From Oedothorax gibbosus (lineage: Eukaryota): a stretch of 64,000 nt of DNA. Under the pieces are notes generated by a model, which was given only the letters and a program-made list of their open reading frames with translations, was not told where the DNA came from and did no database searches. This document shows positions 25,866-38,007 of the stretch, piece after piece. The stretch lies in NCBI GenBank assembly GCA_019343175.1, contig CM033278.1, positions 14,865,400 through 14,929,399 on the forward strand. Direction: 5' to 3'. A program made the position numbers and the translations under genes. Each line of letters begins with the position of its first letter. The first letter of the stretch is position 1.

Positions 25866-26500
25866 ACATTGTTTTAAATAAAATTAATTTTGAATTTATT
25901 TTTCCATTGTAAATGCAGTTTTTTACTATTAATTTAGTATGTATTACTAATTACTTTTTATAAACATTAATTAGTTTGTATTTTACATAACTCATATTTG
26001 TATTACTTAATAGATAATTAATGTCTTATTTTTTGAATAAAAATGGGGTTGTGTGTGTGTGTGTTTCACGGAGGATCTGGCAATAGCTCTGCGGTTTTGT
26101 TTTCATGTCTCTCGAATTACTGTTGTTTTGGTATTCGGGAGTAAATTTCCGAAGAGAATGTTTTAGTTGTTAATTTTTTTAAATTCCAACTTCTTTCAAT
26201 GCAAGATTTCCTTGACAAACGATTAAAACAACCAACAGTACAGCAAGAAGTTGTAATTTAAAAAAAAAATAACAAAACTTAGAAATCTCAATTTCGAATA
26301 GCAACAAAAGTAATTTGAGAGACACGAAAACAAAACCGCAGAGCTATTGCCAGATCCTCCGTGAAACAACCCCATTAAGGGTAACAATTAAGAAAAATTT
26401 AATTATAGAATGTTTTTATTTAAAATTTAACTACTTATATAATTTAAATCACCTGATTTGTTGTACAGAAATTAAACGACAAGCTTCTTCTAATATTAAA

Positions 26501-27879
26501 TCTATATACATAAAAGGCAATTTCCGTTTGTTTGTATAAGACACGAGATCTAAAGAACCACGCAACAGATCGTTACGAAATTTGGCACAAAAATTCATCT
26601 CATCTCCGGAACAAACATAGGCTAAGAATTTTTTGAATCAGAACATTCCTTCTATCATTTTCGAACGTTTTTATGCGAATTTTCTGAAAAAACTACACCA
26701 CTTTGGCTCAAATCCGATCTTTTTTTACTTTCCTGATGCCATCGGCTGAAAAAATTAAATAAAACTTTTAACGAAAACATTTAAAATTGAAAATGTTTAT
26801 TTTATTCTGTTGCCATTACCTTCAGAAACTAATTTCATTATTTGAAAAATAATTGACATGTTTCAAGTGACGTAATTCCGCCAGTCTCCATTCCCGGATT
26901 TTATTGTGGGTTTATTTGATGTGATTTTTTCATTGATTTTTCTGTTGACTGCATGTATGCATATTTAAGCAATAAATGTATAGTTAAGCTATTACTGAAC
27001 TATGATGGTTAATAAAGGCCATTGCACTAGAGCTACATATTAGTGTTTTATGTATTTATTTTTTCGCCAAATACGTTGCCAAACTCGCCAAATTATTAAC
27101 TAAAACTCGCCAAATGGGCAATTTCTTTTATAAATAATTTATAATCTGGTCGGTTGTTCGAAGGTCATTGTGTTAGAGCTGTATAATGGGTGTGTTTGTA
27201 GCTATATATATTTTCTTGCCAAATTATTTCCCAATACGCGCCAAAGGAGCTAAATGGTTTTATGTATTTATGAGGGAATTGTGATGACATTTATGAGTGC
27301 ATTTTATAGCGTATTTTTCATTTTGGAATTTTAAGGCAATGAAACGGGATTTTATACTTTATAAAGAGCGGGAACAATAACATAAGTTTATGATCCTATA
27401 ACAGGTTATATGGTACACATATTTGGAACGATTTGATAATTTTTAATCCATGCGAAGAACTGGTATAAATTTCTTAACTTTTCAGCATTTGTTTTGAATT
27501 ATGGTAGAAATTTGTACTGCTTATATTGTATTTATATCTATAAAGTGTCCAAAAAAAGTTACTTAATTTGTTATAGAACTCCCTTGATTTGCGTTAAAAT
27601 AAATGTTTGAGACCCTTTAAAGATTTAGCTGTTTTTCCATTTTTAATTCTTACTGATTATTTTTTACTTAAATATGTATTCTTTTTAATTTGAGCTTCTT
27701 ATCAAAGGTATTTTTGAAATTAATATTAATCATTACTATATCCAAGTTGGGTTATTAAATGGAAAATTACTGGGTAATCTTCATATCTTATGTAACTAAA
27801 ATGAAAGAAAAAAATAGTTAAATTGACTGTTAAATTATTTTTCCACCTCTACCCGTGCAACGTCGGGTATAACAGCTAG
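26501..27879 (+). mobile_element. Helitron-like non-autonomous element, copy 3
   Basis: A|TCTATATACATAAAAGGCAA...ACCCGTGCAACGTCGGGTATAACAGCTAG|T; most complete copy. Confidence 0.5.
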
Positions 27880-28950
27880 TTTAATTATAAAATGATTTGT
27901 GTATAAATAATTTTAACATTTATTTAGTTTATAAAAACAGTAGTATATTTAACATATTTCAAAACTTAATTATTTAACTATACTGGTAGTTAATGAACAC
28001 ATTTAATTAAATAGTAATTATTAAAATATTAATCAATATTCTATCTAAATAAAAAAAAAACCTTCTTGATTTGCATAAGAAGTTTTTATGTATCCATTTT
28101 AAATAACTACAACTATGGCAACCAGTCGCCAATAGCCCTCCTATAGCTCTAGTGCGACGATAATTCAACATAACCCTCATCATTTATGTCGTTAAAATAT
28201 ATAAAAATAGTAGCTAGTTTTTATAAAACATGTACTAAAATTTTAAACAGCAATTAAAATGTAATGAAAACAGAAAGCTTATTATAAATATTAAATACAT
28301 AATACATCTCAATGAAATAAATGTTAATCGTGCAACAAATTGCAGTTTTGATGCATTATCATTAATCTCGTTAATCATTTTAATATCATTGAGTACAGGA
28401 AATATCAGAAAATGTTAAAAATTGGAACTTACTCATTGATTAGATGAAAAAACCTAAAAACTATTCTTCTTATTCTTACTCGTATGACATCTATTTTGAT
28501 CCTATAAATGTAATTGAGACATACGAGACAAAAAGGCGCGAAAAACTCCGATTGAAGCATTGAGTCACCTGCTTAGACGCCACATTTATTCCAAAAGAAA
28601 AAAAAACCACCCGTAATATGGTCACTTTGGTTATCAGTTTAAAAAATCCAAGTAAAAAAATCAAAATCTTGTTCGCACGAAACAAGCAACTCATAAAAAA
28701 ACAGTACAAATGAAAAAAAAAATCGACGCCACACGATATTTTTTCAGACTTGCCGTTTTCTTTTTGTAACCGATTCGAGGCGTTTTTCCGTTTTCTTCAA
28801 AAATAAAAGTGTTATACAAAAGCCGTAAGATTTATTACGCCAGCTGCAAATGTTTAGACATTTTTTTAGAACGATTTTTAAATGAAATTCATAATATTGG
28901 TCACGTTGGCTCCACCGTTCGTCATCGGTAGTTTGCTTTTTAAGTATACT

Positions 28951-29262
28951 ATAGTTTAGTTTGAAATATCGTCGCACTAGAGCCACACGAGCGCTATTGG
29001 CGACCGGCGTCATAATTTAGAACCACAGTAAGGTGACGGAGCCGACATCTGAGTAGGCACCCAACGCAACCGATAAGGTAGACATTGTACGCAGCGTCGG
29101 GACTTTGGAGCAGATTTAACGTGTACTTCCGCTACACGGGGTATTATTCATCATACATTTTTGGCTGCACGGGCCGTTTATAGGTCGGCAGTTATTTTGG
29201 CGATGTCCGAACCTGGGACCTTCTGCATACAAGGCGAACGCCTTAACCGACTGGGCTCCCCA
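28951..29262 (-). repeat. tRNA-derived SINE family S1, full-length copy
   Basis: Reverse complement starts GGGGAGCCCAGTCGGTTAAGGCGTTCGCCTTGTATGCAGAAGGTCCCAGGTTCG (tRNA-like); tail ...CGCACTAGAGC + CTAAACTAAAC. Confidence 0.55.
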
Positions 29263-30019
29263 GCCTCTTAAGTATGCAATAGCTTTAAGGTTTCGGTTAA
29301 CCGTCTTTATACCTTTATGGTCAAAACATATATTATTAATATTAGGGCTCTTTGGAAAAATTTTATTGTTGACAAAATTTTAAATTGACTACATTAATTT
29401 GTGTCTGACGCGTAACAATAAACATACTCATATTCATACTCGCTACAGATACTTTACAGTAGAAATTGAGATAGAAAAAAGCGCGAAAAACTCCTAACTT
29501 ATAGTATACTTATTTCACTTGTATTAAGCAAAATGAAAACCCTAAAAATGAAATTAAAAAAATAGTCATAGTGGAATTTCTTTGATTTATTAACGAACAA
29601 ATTGCACTATTATACTTGAAAACGAATTCAAATATATATGTCAATATTTTATTTCTATGGGTTTTTTTTTATACTTCCTTCCTATTCGAGAGGATAGCCG
29701 TCGCCATAAAAAATGTATCTAAAATCTTATTCCCGCCAAAATTGCGATTGGCTAAAAAATAAATCCGAAGGGGGGGGGGGGTATTTCTTTTTTTAACATT
29801 GCGTAATAACCTGTTCCCCCAAAGCGCCCGAGCCGTAATATTTTTTTTCTATGTTCTAGTTCTAAGTTGAGAATGCAAGGAGTTGTAGTACAAATATAAA
29901 TATTTGTAAAAAATAAAAACATTTCTTTACAAGTCGATTTTATCTAGTATGAATTTTAAGATTTTGGGGGGGGGGGGGAATTTCCCCCTTTTCCTCCCGT
30001 GGATCCGCTACTGCACTTG

Positions 30020-30310
30020 ACACGTTCTTCAACAAAGCGGCTGGCTAAAATCTGAAGCACTTCGGAGGAAGAACGTGCCAAGTGCATGAGGTGTCAAGCG
30101 CGTTTTGTAAATGACGCGTTATGACGTAAATTACGGCTAAGCCAAAAGCCACCAAGCATTTTGAAGAACCAAACTAAAATATCATGCAAAAAAAACTGTG
30201 ATTTTGTGAATGACAGAAAAGTTGCAAACTAAAAACTTTGAAGCTCATTATCTCGTTTTCACATTTTTGTCACTTAGCACGTTCTTCCACTAAGCTCTTC
30301 AAATCTTTGA
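30020..30310 (-). repeat. inverted homologue of 22110-22400 with the same subterminal motif
   Basis: A perfect 25-bp TAGTGGAAGAACGTGCTAAGTGACA at 30278-30302 is the reverse complement of 22367-22391; further motif copies at 30020 and 30062. Confidence 0.45.
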
Positions 30311-31263
30311 AAGTCACAATAAAATGAAGAAAAGGAATAACGAAAACTAGCCAATCACAAAATTCCGCGTGAATAAGATTTGGGAAATATTTTTTATTTT
30401 TATTTATTTGGGGGTTATTGGCGCCGATTATATTCCACACGTGCTATCTAACGATGAATATTTTGTGAACGTTTAAGGGTTTTAGTTTGTTTACATTATC
30501 CAAGTAAAAATAAGTGTACTTCAATTCGGGAGTTTTCGAGCTTTTTCTCTACTATCAAATATCATAAGAGCAAGATTGGAAAATAAGAGTAAGTTATAAG
30601 CTTCTATATTTAACCAATAAGTTCTTTTTTTTGCAATTTCCTCAATGATACAAAATAATATATGTTAAAATTTTTGAAGTTGCTGACTTATAATATTTGT
30701 GAAGGTGGCATTTTAAAGACTATTATGTGGATTAGGTTAGTTTGAATTATCGTCGCACTAAAGCTGGGGGTCCCGCTTTAGGTTGACCACCTAACCGGGA
30801 CATATGCCTAGCACCCCAGAGCCCTTGGTCACGAAAGCTGAATTGGGCACGGCAGGCCTTGGCCCACTAATGGGCTGTTGCGCTGAGGAGTTTAGTTTTT
30901 TAGTTTAGTTTAATTAATTAGTTAGTTTCTAACAAATTACTACGTGATTTTCAAGATATTCAGTCATTGTTTGCCTTGTTAATAAGTTAGCAACTTCGCA
31001 TCTTCAAAACAAAAAAAAATTGAATTAACTTTTTATTTATTATTTTCATGAAATACTTCTCTAATACCTGTTTCAAACCTGTTGTTGTATACACTAATTT
31101 CTTAAAAACTAATTTTTCTGTAATTAGTTTTGTATTTAGTATACTAAGTAGTTAAATTTTCAATAAAAACATGCTATAACAAATTGATTTTTCTTATTTA
31201 TTTTACTTAATTTTTATTTAAAAAAGCATTATTTATCTATCTAACAATACAAACATTGTTATG

Positions 31264-31535
31264 TTAGGTTAGATTAGTTTCAATTATTGTCGCACTAGAG
31301 TTAACCGAGGGCTTGGCGGCGGGTGTCGTAATTTAGAACCACAATCAAATGACAAGCCGACACCTGAGTAGGCACCCAACAAAACCGTTAAGGGTGACAT
31401 CGTACGCAGCTTCGGGACTTTGGAGCATATTTGACGTGTACTCCCTCTACACGGGGTATTATTCGTCGGACATTTTTGGCTGCACGGCCGTTTTATAGGT
31501 CGGAGTTATTTTGGCGATGCCCGGACCCAGGGCCG
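31264..31535 (-). repeat. SINE family S1 copy (tRNA-like head truncated); tail TTAGGTTAG
   Basis: Collinear with 28951-29262; further partial copies at 30725-30770, 36225-36300 and 49937-49995. Confidence 0.5.
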
Positions 31536-31588
31536 GATTTCTAAATAGTTAATAGGCTAAGTAGGCTGCAGCCTAGAGCGGAAAATGG

Positions 31589-31936
31589 TACAGATTTACT
31601 GTACGGTCCCCCTTGGCGAACTTTCCAAAATCGCGCAAAAAGTCCGTATTTTGGCGACATTATTTTAAAAACCACGATTGAAAGAAAATATCGTATGGGA
31701 ATATTTCTTATGAAAACTCAACCAACGGTCCGATAGGGTTGCCGGAAAAAGCATCGGTGCGAAGCAGGGCCGTCTCGAACTTGTCGAGACGGCCCTGTGC
31801 GAAGTCGAATTCGTTACGTTAAGACAGGTTAGACAGGTTAGAAGAGTTGCCAGAAAGTTAGACAGGTTGCCAGAAACATTATTTATCGCCAAATCCGCAA
31901 ACATCGTGCCAAGGGGGACCGTACAGTAAATCTGAT
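31589..31936. mobile_element. MITE (~350 bp) with a ~27-bp TIR CAGATTTACTGTACGGTCCCCCTTGGC, an internal perfect 14-bp hairpin and a short GACAGGTTA tandem repeat
   Basis: Left 31591-31617 vs reverse complement of 31908-31934; hairpin CAGGGCCGTCTCGAACTTGTCGAGACGGCCCTG at ~31770. Confidence 0.5.
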
Positions 31937-32267
31937 CCGCGGCAAATTATTTGGGGCGGCGAATTTTATGAACAATTAAAGCGGCATTCGGCATAAAAAA
32001 AATATTATAAGGATATTAATATTTTTAAGAAAAAAACAAATAATTTACATTAATGTGCAAATCGTAAACGTTATATATAGTAGTAATATTTAGTAGTAAA
32101 CATAGTAGCTGCGAGGGCAATTGCACTCCCTCCTCTTGATTTGGAAGTTGAAAGACAAATAGTAGATAGAACAGTTTAAAAAATTCACCTAATATTTAAA
32201 GTGTACATTGATGATTCTAATATGTAGAAAGAAAAAAAATAGTCAAGAAAACTATATCTGGCGGCAA

Positions 32268-33445
32268 ATCGATCTAGTCCAGGCAACGAAGAGTTATGGA
32301 GGGAAAGTTTTGGAACACAATTTTTGACTTTGTAACTTTGTTTGGACTAGTTAGGAGATGAACATATCAAAAATCCCCGCCCCTAGCCCCTGAGCCGAAG
32401 GGAGGAGAGGGGGTTAAATGTCCCATTTTTCGATTTTTTGCTTATATCTCGAAAACTATGCGTCCTACCGATTTAATTGTAATACACAAAATGAAAGCTG
32501 ATTAAATTTGCTACAAGTTTCACCCCTCAAGTGTTATAATATCTTGTATAGTTTTCGAGATATCCGCTCTTGAAAGTCTGTAATTTTGGAGAAAACATTT
32601 TTTCCCCCACATTTTTCCTCTTTTTTGACCAAATAACTCTTCAATAATGCACCGAAACACTAAATATTGACCCTAGAGTGGTAGAGAATTTAATTCTTTT
32701 CAATAATATATTTTACTTTACTATTTTATCTATTTTAATTCAAATTTTAAAGCAGTTTCAGTATTGAGCGAAGAGGGATTGTCAGTCCCATAGAGCTAAT
32801 ACATTAGTTTTGAAATCACAACTTTTGCAAAAAAATTACTTTGTCATGTTATCAAATTTTTACCAGGTATGGGAATCATCATAATATCAATTTAAAACAA
32901 AATTGCAAAGAAAATAACATCCGGTTATTTAATTATTAATTGTTAAAGTTTTAAAAATAGTGTCGCCATCTGCTGTATATTTTTGGAATTATAAAATTTC
33001 AAAAATATATAATTAAATAACTAGATAACATTTTCGTTTCAAATTTGTTTCATTTCGATGTTATGTTGTTTCCCGTACCTGGGGAAAAAGGGCTGTCATG
33101 GCAAAGCAATACATCTGCGGAAGTTGTGATTCCAAAACTAATGCAATAGCTCTATGGAACTGACAATCCCTCTTATGTACACTTATTCTATACTGAATGT
33201 TTAAACAAAATCCAGATACTCATTTTGTAGGCACGCTGTTACTTTAATATTTTATCTATTTTTATATTCTATTGTTATCTATTTCATTTCATTCGTCGGA
33301 CCCCAGTAAGAAAACAGTCAGATGATCATCCTGTTCTTCTTTATCTTCCTAGTCAACTTGAGAGACCCCATTGAGGCAAGTCCCCTGGCAATTTTGGAAT
33401 GCTGAGGAACATTTGAGACTTACTTTTTTACAGCTACACTTTGAG
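32268..33445. repeat. left arm of the large palindrome (inverted duplication)
   Basis: Reverse complement matches 34178-36207 except for an 812-bp insertion and a homopolymer expansion in the right arm. Confidence 0.7.
32772..33174. mobile_element. foldback-type element (palindromic MITE), copy a
   Basis: AAGAGGGATTGTCAGTCCCATAGAGC...GCTCTATGGAACTGACAATCCCTCTT; its internal halves are mutually inverted. Confidence 0.5.
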
Positions 33446-34020
33446 CTGGAACAGTGTTTCATGCATCTGCAGAAAATTATTTTCAAAATATCGTCATGCG
33501 TTGCTGCTAACTCACTGTGCACTGGGACCAGGCAGTTGTTCTCAATCTTCCACTCATACATCTCAGGAGGCAGGTCATTTTCCAGCCACAGCTGAACTTG
33601 GTGGAATGTTCGGAGGGAATGCTGTTTTACTGTTCCCTCGGTGGGAGGTAAACAAGAGATATCAGTCTTGATGGTGGCCACTGATCTTAAGAATCACTTA
33701 TATCTGTAGGCATTGAGGGAGGCCTCTTTCGTTAGAGCCCCATACCACCTCAAAGCGCAGGTTTCGTCTGCCTTTTGAACCTGATCAGTGGTTGAGGAAA
33801 GGTCCGAAAAGCTGCTGCTTTCTGGACCTATGGCGACTTCAGATAAAGCTTCGCAAATGCGACCTTGCTTTTTCGAAATGCGGAAGATGTAGTGTCGCAT
33901 CCAGTAAATGCGTGCAAAAATAGCACGTCCTTTAAACCCAGTTGCTGAAGCTCTTAGGACGAGAAGAAAGAATCCTGTGTCTTCCCACGTGCAGGCTTTA
34001 AGTAATGCCCTTACGCGCAT
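33349..34020 (-). pseudogene. C-terminal fragment of the same FEN1/XPG-CXC ORF family as 2413-3733, at the palindrome centre
   Basis: ..FSDLSSTTDQVQKAD.. / LPPTEGTVKQHSLRTFHQVQLW...CRCMKHCSSSKCSCKKVSLKCSSAFQNCQGTCLNG parallels FSKFLSSTTKLN / LPPTSDASQFHSLRTYHQVMAW + CKCIKSCLDACSCRK.. of the first copy. Confidence 0.5.
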
Positions 34021-34466
34021 CAGCTTTAGCCATCAAGATTCAAGAGGACTATAAGGTCGACATCTTCATTCTTCACCTACAATGCCGACAGCTTGTGTTT
34101 TCGACATTTCCACAGCTGTATCCAAGTTGATCCAATTGTTCTCAAGCTTCACCTTAAGTATGTTGATGATGATGTATGTTGATGAGACTGTGCCAGCTTA
34201 AAGTGTAGCTGCAAAAAAGCAAGTCTCAAATGTTCTTCAGCATGCCGAAATTGCCAGGGGACTTGCCTCAATGGGGTCTCTCAAGTTGACTTCGAAGATA
34301 AAGAAGAACAGGAGGATCATCTGACAGTTTTCCTACTGGGGTCCAAAGAATGAAATGAAATAGATAACATAGAATATGAAAATAGATAAAATATTAAAGT
34401 AACAGCGTGCCTACAAAATGAGTATCTGGGTTTTATTTAGACATTCAGTATAGAATAAGTGTACAT

Positions 34467-35698
34467 AAGAGGGATTGTCAGTTCTATAGAGCTAATGCAT
34501 TAGTTTTGGAATCATAACTTCCACAGATGCATTGCTTTGCCATGTTAGCCCTTTTCCCCCAGGTACGGGAATCAACATAACATCGAAACAGTAGCGCCGG
34601 AACTTATTATTTAGAGGTATGGCAAGAAATTCCTCAATCTACCCCCTCCTCCCACTCTAGATGTTTTAAATATATAGTATTATATTATTTAACAAATAAG
34701 TATTTTTCAATAAAATTAAAAAATTCCTAATAGAATACGCACAGTGATTTTTCAAAGCCAGAATACAGACGTGACTTTTGGGACACCCTGTACTATATTA
34801 TAAAAAACATTTCAATGTTACCGACTAGAAAAAGATGTGATTTAAATAAATTAGTTGGTTGGTTGGTTGGTAGACATATATATTCAGGTTTGTGTGCTTG
34901 GTCAGCGACCCGCTTATAAACCTTATAAATTAATTTATTTCTCAATGTCTGAAATTAAACAGCTATTTGGAAATATAAAATGCAGAAAGCAAACAAACTC
35001 TTTTATCTATATAGAAAATGTTAGTTAACATAAAAAGTTAATATTTAAAACAAAAAAATATGTATATATAATGATACATCATTAATTATGCCTAAAGGTT
35101 GATTTCTTTTATTTGTTTTAGAAACAAACGCTTCAATTATATTCTCAATGTTTATATTTGACAAAAGCCCATTACTACAGATCCCCAGTAGGGGAATGTG
35201 TATACGTGTTATCTTTCTCGGTGTGGTGTGGTTGTGAGGTAGGATATGTGACAAAAATATTTGCAAGTTTAATTGGTTTTGTTGGATTTTTTTCACATGG
35301 TCACTTTTGGGTTTGATTTTGTAAAATGGAAAAAAACGCATAACATATAATCTGTGCAAAAGCTAGTAAGGCAACTGCCATACCGGTTCCGGCGCCACTG
35401 CATCGAAATGAAACAAATTTGAAACGAAAATGTGATCTAGTTATTTAATTATATATTTTTGAAATTTTATAATTCCAAAAATATACAGCAGATGGCGACA
35501 CTATTTTTAAAACTTTAACAATTTATAATTAAATAACCGGATGTTATTTTTGTTTCAATTTAGTTTTAAATTGATATTATGATGATTCCCATACCTGGTA
35601 AAAATTTGATAACATGACAAAGTAATTTTTTTGCAAAAGTTGTGATTTCAAAACTAATGTATTAGCTCTATGGGACTGACAATCCCTATTCGCTCAAT
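34467..35698. mobile_element. foldback-type element, copy b (in the right palindrome arm, interrupted by the hAT-like MITE)
   Basis: Same termini as copy a, reverse orientation. Confidence 0.5.
34589..35400. mobile_element. hAT-like MITE (812 bp) with 8-bp target-site duplication CATCGAAA
   Basis: CATCGAAA|CAGTAGCGCCGGAAC...GTTCCGGCGCCACTG|CATCGAAA; the uninterrupted left arm (33050-33060) shows a single copy of the target. Confidence 0.7.
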
Positions 35699-36716
35699 AC
35701 TGAAACAGTTTTAAAATTTGAAGGAAAATAGATAAAATAGTAAAGTAAAATATATTATTGAAAAGAATTAAATTCTCTACCACTCTTGGGTCAATATTGA
35801 GTGTTTCGGTGCATTATTGAAGAGTTATCCGGTCAAAAAAGAGAGAAAATGTGGGGGGGAAATGTTTTCTCCAAAATTACAGACTTTTAAGAGCGGATAT
35901 CTCGAAAACTATACAAGATATTAAAACACATGAGGTGTGAAACTTGTAGAAAATTTAATCAGCTTTCATTTTGTGTATTACAATTATATAGGTAGGATGC
36001 ATAGTTTTCGAGATATAAGCAAAAAACCGAAAAATGGGACATTCAACCCCCCCCCCCTCCCCCCTTCGGCTCAGGGGCTAGGGACGGGGACTTTTGATAT
36101 GTTCACCTCCTAACTAGTCCAAACAAAGTTACAAAGTCAAAAATTGTGTTCCAAAACTTTCCCTCTATACCCTTTTTTCAGCCTTCGTTGCCTGGACTAA
36201 TCGTAGCCTACAAGCGGCAAATCTTTAAATCCGGCCCTGCCCGGACCCGAACCTGGGACCTTCCTCGTGCAAGGCGAACGCCTTGTTATTATGCTGGCAT
36301 TATGAAAAGAACCCCAGTTTTTTTTTTTTTTAAATAAATTCTAAATATTTAAAAATATAGGATAAAAGTTGATTTTTTATCAGTTTTTCCAAATTTATAT
36401 CATAATTAATCAATTTTAAATATTTTTTATATTTTGTTCATTGAATATATATAGAGTGGTGATGAAGTAACTTAACATAAAGAACAAAACCTTCAGCATG
36501 GTTATTAAAAAAATTGCATTGATGAGGATTCGTTGATAAGCACTTGAGAATGACGTACAGAAATTTGAAAGTTAAAAATAGTTGTTTTAAAAATTGCTAA
36601 AATATGCCTGAGATTGATTATCAAAATTCTAAACGCATTAGAAGTTTTGAAATAACGGGATAGTTTCTATATCTGCTAAAAGAAAAAAAATACCTTGATT
36701 AGACTAATATTGTTTA

Positions 36717-37125
36717 AGAGGGACTGTCAGTCCCATAGAGCAAATGCATTAGTTTTAAAATCACAACTTTTGCAAAAGAATAACTTTGTCCCATGTTATC
36801 CCATTTTCACCAGGTATGGGAATCATCATAACATCAATTTATAACAAAATTGAAAAGAAAATAACATCTGGTCATTTGATTAATAATTGATAAAATTTTA
36901 AAATAGTGTCGCCATCTGCTAGTGCTGTATAGTTTTGGCATTTTAAAACTTCAAAAATATATAATTAAACAACTACATGACATTTTCGTTTCAAATTTGT
37001 TTCATTTTGATGTTATGTTGATTCCCATACCTGGGGAAAAGGGCTAGCATGGCAAAGCAATACTTCTGCAGAAGTTGTGATTCCAAAACTAATTCATTAG
37101 CTCTATGGGACTGACAATCCCTCTT
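36717..37125. mobile_element. foldback-type element, copy c (outside the palindrome)
   Basis: AAGAGGGACTGTCAGTCCCATAGAGC...GCTCTATGGGACTGACAATCCCTCTTA. Confidence 0.5.
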
Positions 37126-37304
37126 AATCACCCCCACATATGTATAAGCGACCTTAAATTCCAATTTCCTCTCAAGTGGCACTTTCTATTTTGTCCTTCT
37201 ACGTTTATTTCCTTTTAATTTTAAAAATATGACAATAAATAAAACTAATAAACTGTTCCCAAAGAATGAAGGGTTTTTTTTAAGTCTCTTTTAGAAAAAG
37301 ATTC

Positions 37305-37420
37305 TGTCAGAAGTGGGATTCGAACCCACGCCCACATTCGTGGACCAGAACACTCAAACTCTGCTTCAGAGTAAGGAAGATCCTTGAGTCTGGCGCCTTA
37401 GACCGCTCGGCCATCCTGAC
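37305..37420 (-). tRNA. tRNA-Leu (anticodon CAA) with a 32-nt intron after position 37
   Basis: Reverse complement reads GTCAGGATGGCCGAGCGGTCTAAGGCGCCAGACTCAAG[gatcttccttactctgaagcagagtttgagtg]TTCTGGTCCACGAATGTGGGCGTGGGTTCGAATCCCACTTCTGACA; a T-run lies downstream on the minus strand. Confidence 0.85.
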
Positions 37421-38007
37421 ATGCCGACTTAAGAGTTAATAAGTTATATAAACAAAATATTTCAATTAAATACATAAAAAATTAAAGTAATATTTTTTAA
37501 GTGTTTTTTTCCTCATTTTAATTAATATTTGTTCTCTTTAGAGCAGCTAAAGTACCTTTAACATTTTATTTTAAAATAAATTAATGAAACTTGTGCTGCC
37601 ATCTATATAGTAAATATCGCTTTAAATAGTTTAACGTATATATTTTTAAAAAAATATTAATTTCACACTATTTCAGAGCAGTTTAAAAAATTACAAAATT
37701 TAAATTTAATGGAATTCAATTTTTTGTTTTGATTATTAGTGTTTATATCTTCGTGTGATTCCCCCATAGACTCCCCAAAGATACTGCATAATCGTTAATA
37801 TTTTATACTAGCAGTTTAGCAGTTAAAACACAACTAAACGTTCATGAGTACTTCAAAGTGTTTGTTTACATTTGAATTTGAGTTTTCTCCTGGTTTTCTC
37901 AAATCTCAGTCTGTTTCTATTTAAGTTTTTTTAAGAGGGAGTTTGATAATCGTCTCTAGAATTAATCGTATTCCGTAAGTATAGAAAACTTTATAAAGCT
38001 CTTTTTA

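Larger units (their letters stand above)
34178..36207. repeat. right arm of the large palindrome; contains a nested hAT-like MITE at 34589-35400
   Basis: See left arm; the ~730-bp centre at 33446-34177 is unique. Confidence 0.7.

Noticed and set aside
30725-31275. TTAGGTTAG (arthropod-type telomeric TTAGG units)
   Set aside because: Only about two units, located at the tail of interstitial SINE copies. It is not a telomere array.
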